A DNA stretch of 63,403 nt, counting the filler, from Stramenopiles sp. TOSAG23-6 (Eukaryota): assembly GCA_900128565.1 (NCBI GenBank). It is 10 parts of 10 records of this genome, joined end to end, with 100 filler letters (N's around TTAATTAATTAA, not from the genome) between each part and the next. Parts side by side here need not be neighbours in the genome. Positions count along the whole stretch, not along the records: positions 51,395 to 59,821 come from LT636452.1; positions 59,922 to 61,015 come from LT639736.1; positions 61,116 to 62,209 come from LT639737.1; positions 62,310 to 63,403 come from LT639738.1; 6 more parts are not named here. One strand, given 5' to 3'. Positions 56,302-63,403 of the stretch are shown in pieces; the stretch's first letter is position 1, and each line of letters starts with the position of its first letter. The position numbers were made by a program, and so were the translations under genes. The notes below the pieces were generated by a model. The model worked only from the letters and a program-made list of their open reading frames with translations, had not been told where the DNA came from and did not search any database.

Positions 56302-59300
56302 TTATTTTTTTTCATTTTGTAGTATTTCATGTAATATATCTTTTGCTTGAAGTAAATTTTGTAATAAATGACTTTTATCATCCTCTATAATAAATGCCAT
56401 TCCAATATCAGGAAAAACATCACGTAATGGAGTATAATATTTCATACCAAGATTTTGTGTTTTTTTTCTTTTCTCCATTAATCCTCTTAAAAATAAATTT
56501 CGTGTTTTATTTTTTTTCTCTGTATTTCTTTTCACTTTTTCATAACATATTGGAATATCCTTGTGTAATTTACCTTGTAAAAAATATTGCCGCATTTCAA
56601 ACGTTGTAAATATACTGTGAAAAAATATTTCAAAAAATTTTAAATTTTTTTGTTAGGTACAAAATTTCGTATGAAAACAACAAAGAAAGGTTAAGAAAAA
56701 TTAATTTCAAAGACATACATGGACCTTTTTCAATATGTTCATCATTTAAATACCACCAAAATGCATTTCTTTTATTTATCATACTAGGGTTAGGGATATG
56801 ATTTTCTGCAATTTGAAAGGATATTAGAAGAGAGCTTAATACATTACGCAATGTTGTATTTTTTGTATTTTGTATTGATCTAGTAGGGTTAGGGTTTGAT
56901 GTTGTATGTAATGTTTTTTTTCCCATAGTATATTGAGATGCAATAAAGTTATTTCGATGTTGTAATTTTCGTAAATGTAATTCAAGTTTTTTATTTTCCA
57001 TTTTTATATTTTTATGTTTTGTTTCATCATTTGTTGTATCATTTATTATATATTTCATATTGTTTGTATTTTCTGGTAAATGCCATCGAACTTCATTTGT
57101 ATCTTTGTTATAATAGTATTGTCTATGTGAAGAATCAAATGCTATACACCACATTTCATTATTATTATTATCATTATTATTATAATCATTATTATTATTA
57201 TCATTGTTATCATTATTATTATTATCAATAGTATTATTATTATTATTATCAGAAATAATATTTTGAAATTTTTTTGTATTATATTTATATCTTTTTACTT
57301 TTTTAGATTTTACATTTTTATTTCGTGTGAGTAGTCTTTGATGTATTTTATGTATAGATTGTTGATTGGCGACATCAATAATATTGACTTTATCATTACA
57401 ATCACTTTTAAATTCATCATTTTGATTATGTATTTGTTTTTTATATTCAACTATTGTATCAATTTCATATTTATTTGATTTATTTGATTCATTTGATATT
57501 GTATCAATTTCATATTTATTTGATTTTTTTGATTCATTTGATATTGTATCAATTTCATATTTATTTGATTCATTTGATATTGTATCAATTTCATATTTAT
57601 TTGATTCATTTGATATTTTTTCTTGAGTTTGACATTGTAAATGACGTTTTGGATTATTAGTTTTTGTTTCAAGTACAAAATATTGGTATAAACAATCCGA
57701 TTTCATTTCATCATTTAATTCTCTTTGTTTTTCATTATTTCGTGTTGTAAACCATTGTTTATGTTTTTGTTCAAAATATTCAATATATTCAACAATTTGA
57801 TGTTGTACAAAACAATTTGTATCGGAACCTATATTTAATAACCATTTTAATACTTGAATATAAGACGATGTTTCATTATTTAGATTATTCTCTGAAATTG
57901 CTTTTTTATAACATATATCTAAAACAGTCTCGCCATGACACGTGGCACAATCTTTAGAAATACACCATTTTTTTATAGTATTTTTGGGGGTATTTGGGTT
58001 TAGTGCTGCAGTACTATCTGTAGAAGTCTCACATAATGTTGTACATGACTCGTATAAAAGTTTTGCAATATTTAAAAATCGATTTCCACCAGATACATGT
58101 ATTGTGAAACAATATTTTTTTTTTGAAAAAAAATTGTTAGGTACAAAATTTCGTACGAAAATATTTTTTTAAAAAAAAATTAAAAAAAATAAAAACATAC
58201 AGCTATATGTAATGGTGTTTCATATTTTCCATTCCGAGCTTCAGTATCCGCACCATGACCAATAAGAAGCTGAATTAATTTCAAATTACCTGAAATAATG
58301 GCAACATGAAGTGAAGTTGTCCAATAAGGTGGTAATCGTATATTGATATACTGTTGAAAAATATTTCAAGTTTTTTTTTTAAATGTTTGTTAGGTACAAA
58401 ATTTCGTACGAAAAAAAAAATTATAATTTTAAAAAAAATATTTTGATGAAAATGTACATTAATCCATTCACTCTATAAATTTGATTTTTAAATTTCACTT
58501 TTTCATTTAAAATTGGTTTTAATTTTGAATATTCTTGATCAAGACGACCACTAGGATTATCGTGGCATTGTAATAATAAACGAATTTTATCTACATCTTG
58601 TTTTTTTGCACGGGTACATATATTATGAAATAATATTAAAAAAAATATTTTTTTAAATGTTAGGTACAAAATTTCGTACGAAAAAAAAAATTTGAAATTT
58701 CAAAAAAAAAATTTTAAATTTTCAATGAAAACGTACAATATACCATCATATCTTGTGTATATCTATGGAGTAAACCTGCTCGTAGTCCACCTTTAACCAT
58801 TTGATTTTGAATTTTAATGGCACAACTATTTAAAGTTTGATATAAATTTCGACATTTTTTATATCTGAAAAGTCTTTGTAATTGTATCAAATAATATTTT
58901 TTTCTATATTCCTCTATTTTATATACTATAGTTTGAGATAATATTTCAAAAATTTTAAATTTTTGTTAGATATGAAATTTTCTACGAAAAAAAATTAAAA
59001 AAAATTTTAAGTTTTTAATGTTTTAAGTTTTGTTAGGTACAAAATTTCGTACGAAAAAAATAAAATGAAAAAAAAATTCATACCAAAAACATACATACAA
59101 ATTGACGTACAAAACGTTGAATAACAAAAATCGATTGTTTTGCACGTTTATATCGCAACAGTTTTGTCCATTTTCTTATATTTTTTTGTACCAAAAGACA
59201 AGAAGATAATCGTTTAATTGCATCATATACTGTGAAAAAAATATTTCAAAATAAAATATTTTTTCGTTAGGTACAAAATTTCGTACGAAAACCAAAAAAA

Positions 59301-59441
59301 AAAAAATTCAAAATTCAAAAAATTGAAATGAAAACGTATATATTTTGTTACTTTTGTAAACCACAAATTTGAAATTGAATTAATATGCAAATAATCATGA
59401 ATTTTCAAATTAATGATTTTTCTAGCTGAATATCCTCTTAT
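56302..59441 (-). CDS. IQ-ankyrin-WW-GYF-like multidomain protein with at least 6 family introns
   Basis: IQRFVRQF, TSLHVAI/TPLHIAV, W...D...RQYYYN...VRWHLP and WWYL...GPFTTFEMRQYF motifs; exon phases consistent. Confidence 0.75.
56610..56718 (-). other. Family intron, GT-AT (109 nt)
   Basis: AT|GTATGT...core...CACAGTATAT|TT; restores the GYF motif GPF. Confidence 0.85.
58097..58200 (-). other. Family intron, GT-AT (104 nt)
   Basis: CT|GTATGT...core...CACAATACAT|G; restores ankyrin TPLHIA-V. Confidence 0.85.
58346..58457 (-). other. Family intron, GT-AT (112 nt)
   Basis: AT|GTACAT...core...CAACAGTATAT|C. Confidence 0.8.
58618..58736 (-). other. Family intron, GT-AT (119 nt)
   Basis: TT|GTACGT...core...CATAATATAT|G. 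Confidence 0.8.
58921..59098 (-). other. Family intron, two core copies (boundaries ambiguous)
   Basis: TT|GTATGT...ATAGTATAT|AAA. Confidence 0.6.
59225..59339 (-). other. Family intron with ATACGT 5' end (115 nt)
   Basis: AT|ATACGTTTT...core...CACAGTATAT|G. Confidence 0.55.
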
Positions 59442-59633
59442 ATGTGTTGTAAAAAGATATATCAAATTTGAGTTTTTTTTTGTTAGGTATGAAATTTTGT
59501 ACTGAAAAACCAAAAAAAAAAAAAAAATGTTTAGGTACAAAATTGTGTATGAAAAAAAAATTACCAAAAAAAAAAATTACCAAAAAAAAAAACAAATTTT
59601 TGTTAGGTATAAAATTGTGTACGAAAAAAATAC
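59442..59633 (-). other. Family element with three core copies; flanking frames do not join cleanly
   Basis: Three TACCTAA(A)C cores; ends CAACACAT. Confidence 0.5.
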
Positions 59634-59921
59634 ATTTTTGGTGATAAAATATATCCAAATTCAAAACCATCCTCGACATTATCCGCATTCTGCATACACA
59701 TTTCAACAAAGTCTTGATATTCTTGGATATACGAAATCGAATTCTTTGTAGTACCATTAGGATTAGTTTTTTTTTCATCAGATTTATTTGTACCAAATTC
59801 TGTACCTAACGAATTTTTATTNNNNNNNNNNNNNNNNNNNNNNNNNNNNNNNNNNNNNNNNNNNNTTAATTAATTAANNNNNNNNNNNNNNNNNNNNNNN
59901 NNNNNNNNNNNNNNNNNNNNN

Positions 59922-61015
59922 AGTTAGCTATATCCTCTTGTGGAGATATGTCATCGACAAAGTTAGCTATATCCTCAGTAGTATCGACAGTTATCTTCAT
60001 CATGTCAGATTCGGAATTTATACATGTGTTTTCATCTATCGAACTATTCGCTTCATTATCTAGCGAATTTATTAAAGTGGAAATATCTCTTACGGCAACA
60101 TTGGCAAAAAAAGCCGCAGTTTTAACGGCGTATCCAGACTTTGCATTTTGCTGCTGTCTTTTAAAATTAGAATCTACCTCGCGTATAGTTGCGCGGGATA
60201 TAAGAGNTGTCAGTTGAGATGTTCGGTTAATGTATCTTTTTTCTAATATATCCCATTGACATTTAATTTTGTGTACAACAGATTTCTTAATTTTAGTGCA
60301 GGATTGCAATGAACGAAATAAATTGATTTTTACTTTATCGATATTCGATTCAATACTCACACATTGTTCAGTGTAAGTACGCATTGCATTCTCTAAAAAC
60401 ATAATCTGTTGTTCTATATCTTTGATATAATTCAGTCGGAATTCTTTCATATAGTGCCGATGCACTATAGTCCCTACATCTTCCATAGTCTGTAGACTGT
60501 TGATATTTTCTGTGTGACTTTCCATTGCTGCTTTTGCAGCTGAGGATTTTAAAAGCTTCTCAAGAATTTCACAGCGAAACCTCTCCAATTGTTGCGGTGC
60601 TTCTTCAACTTGAGATAAAAACGATTCATGCTCATCTTCATGCTTATGCATAGGGATACTTCCATGATTAGCATGAAGTGAAGATATTTGAAATTCTATT
60701 CGAAGGAGTCCAGCTTCATGTTTGTGAAAAAATATTTAAAATTTGAAATTCGTTAGGTACGGAATTTTCTATGAAAAAAAAAAGATTTGAAATTAATGAT
60801 GAAAACATACAGCCTTACGGACTCGACTTTCAGCACGACTAACATTTTGTGTTATTTCGTTCAAATCGGTAGTCAAAATATCATCTTCTTCATCACTACT
60901 CTCGTCAATATCTTCAAAATCAAAAGGAATTTCATTTATATCTTGGTTTATATCTTGGTCGGTAACTGGATCTTCAAAATTATTTATATCTTGGTGGGTA
61001 ACTGGATCTTCAAAA
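59922..61015 (-). CDS. Coiled-coil protein internal fragment (contig repeated at 61116-62209 and 62310-63403)
   Basis: Open frame across the intron: ESRVRKA-EAGLLRIEF...MHKHEDE. Confidence 0.6.
60718..60810 (-). other. Family intron, GT-AT (93 nt; copies at 61912-62004 and 63106-63198)
   Basis: CT|GTATGT...CCGTACCTAAC...CACAAACAT|G. Confidence 0.8.
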
Positions 61016-63403
61016 NNNNNNNNNNNNNNNNNNNNNNNNNNNNNNNNNNNNNNNNNNNNTTAATTAATTAANNNNNNNNNNNNNNNNNNNNNNNNNNNNN
61101 NNNNNNNNNNNNNNNAGTTAGCTATATCCTCTTGTGGAGATATGTCATCGACAAAGTTAGCTATATCCTCAGTAGTATCGACAGTTATCTTCATCATGTC
61201 AGATTCGGAATTTATACATGTGTTTTCATCTATCGAACTATTCGCTTCATTATCTAGCGAATTTATTAAAGTGGAAATATCTCTTACGGCAACATTGGCA
61301 AAAAAAGCCGCAGTTTTAACGGCGTATCCAGACTTTGCATTTTGCTGCTGTCTTTTAAAATTAGAATCTACCTCGCGTATAGTTGCGCGGGATATAAGAG
61401 NTGTCAGTTGAGATGTTCGGTTAATGTATCTTTTTTCTAATATATCCCATTGACATTTAATTTTGTGTACAACAGATTTCTTAATTTTAGTGCAGGATTG
61501 CAATGAACGAAATAAATTGATTTTTACTTTATCGATATTCGATTCAATACTCACACATTGTTCAGTGTAAGTACGCATTGCATTCTCTAAAAACATAATC
61601 TGTTGTTCTATATCTTTGATATAATTCAGTCGGAATTCTTTCATATAGTGCCGATGCACTATAGTCCCTACATCTTCCATAGTCTGTAGACTGTTGATAT
61701 TTTCTGTGTGACTTTCCATTGCTGCTTTTGCAGCTGAGGATTTTAAAAGCTTCTCAAGAATTTCACAGCGAAACCTCTCCAATTGTTGCGGTGCTTCTTC
61801 AACTTGAGATAAAAACGATTCATGCTCATCTTCATGCTTATGCATAGGGATACTTCCATGATTAGCATGAAGTGAAGATATTTGAAATTCTATTCGAAGG
61901 AGTCCAGCTTCATGTTTGTGAAAAAATATTTAAAATTTGAAATTCGTTAGGTACGGAATTTTCTATGAAAAAAAAAAGATTTGAAATTAATGATGAAAAC
62001 ATACAGCCTTACGGACTCGACTTTCAGCACGACTAACATTTTGTGTTATTTCGTTCAAATCGGTAGTCAAAATATCATCTTCTTCATCACTACTCTCGTC
62101 AATATCTTCAAAATCAAAAGGAATTTCATTTATATCTTGGTTTATATCTTGGTCGGTAACTGGATCTTCAAAATTATTTATATCTTGGTGGGTAACTGGA
62201 TCTTCAAAANNNNNNNNNNNNNNNNNNNNNNNNNNNNNNNNNNNNNNNNNNNNTTAATTAATTAANNNNNNNNNNNNNNNNNNNNNNNNNNNNNNNNNNN
62301 NNNNNNNNNAGTTAGCTATATCCTCTTGTGGAGATATGTCATCGACAAAGTTAGCTATATCCTCAGTAGTATCGACAGTTATCTTCATCATGTCAGATTC
62401 GGAATTTATACATGTGTTTTCATCTATCGAACTATTCGCTTCATTATCTAGCGAATTTATTAAAGTGGAAATATCTCTTACGGCAACATTGGCAAAAAAA
62501 GCCGCAGTTTTAACGGCGTATCCAGACTTTGCATTTTGCTGCTGTCTTTTAAAATTAGAATCTACCTCGCGTATAGTTGCGCGGGATATAAGAGNTGTCA
62601 GTTGAGATGTTCGGTTAATGTATCTTTTTTCTAATATATCCCATTGACATTTAATTTTGTGTACAACAGATTTCTTAATTTTAGTGCAGGATTGCAATGA
62701 ACGAAATAAATTGATTTTTACTTTATCGATATTCGATTCAATACTCACACATTGTTCAGTGTAAGTACGCATTGCATTCTCTAAAAACATAATCTGTTGT
62801 TCTATATCTTTGATATAATTCAGTCGGAATTCTTTCATATAGTGCCGATGCACTATAGTCCCTACATCTTCCATAGTCTGTAGACTGTTGATATTTTCTG
62901 TGTGACTTTCCATTGCTGCTTTTGCAGCTGAGGATTTTAAAAGCTTCTCAAGAATTTCACAGCGAAACCTCTCCAATTGTTGCGGTGCTTCTTCAACTTG
63001 AGATAAAAACGATTCATGCTCATCTTCATGCTTATGCATAGGGATACTTCCATGATTAGCATGAAGTGAAGATATTTGAAATTCTATTCGAAGGAGTCCA
63101 GCTTCATGTTTGTGAAAAAATATTTAAAATTTGAAATTCGTTAGGTACGGAATTTTCTATGAAAAAAAAAAGATTTGAAATTAATGATGAAAACATACAG
63201 CCTTACGGACTCGACTTTCAGCACGACTAACATTTTGTGTTATTTCGTTCAAATCGGTAGTCAAAATATCATCTTCTTCATCACTACTCTCGTCAATATC
63301 TTCAAAATCAAAAGGAATTTCATTTATATCTTGGTTTATATCTTGGTCGGTAACTGGATCTTCAAAATTATTTATATCTTGGTGGGTAACTGGATCTTCA
63401 AAA

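Noticed and set aside
59922-63403. Three identical 1094-bp units
   Set aside because: Identical even at the ambiguous N base and separated by spacers, so this is a duplication artefact rather than a tandem array.

Overview
AT-rich, gene-dense eukaryotic DNA, probably from a marine heterotrophic protist draft genome or MAG (a stramenopile affinity is only an impression). Short contigs are concatenated with N-TTAATTAATTAA-N spacers, and the last contig appears three times identically. It carries ordinary eukaryotic genes: V-ATPase E, Nse1, a Ska subunit, an SDR, a PiT/PHO4 transporter, CTL/SLC44, anoctamin, TTLL, bL35m, glutathione reductase and tRNA-Phe, among others. The striking signal is intron architecture. 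About 27 complete ~90-190 nt intervening sequences share a GTA(T/C)GT-like 5' end, a conserved core TTTCGTACGAAATTTTGTACCTAAC, and a 3' end that is almost always YAT rather than YAG. Removing them as GT...AT restores conserved motifs in C2H2 finger, TTLL, glutathione reductase, GYF, ankyrin and anoctamin proteins, whereas nearby AGs give frameshifts. Only one canonical GT-AG intron was found. This looks like a genome dominated by a repetitive (introner-like) family of non-canonical GT-AT introns. Splicing is inferred from reading frames only; no transcript evidence is available.
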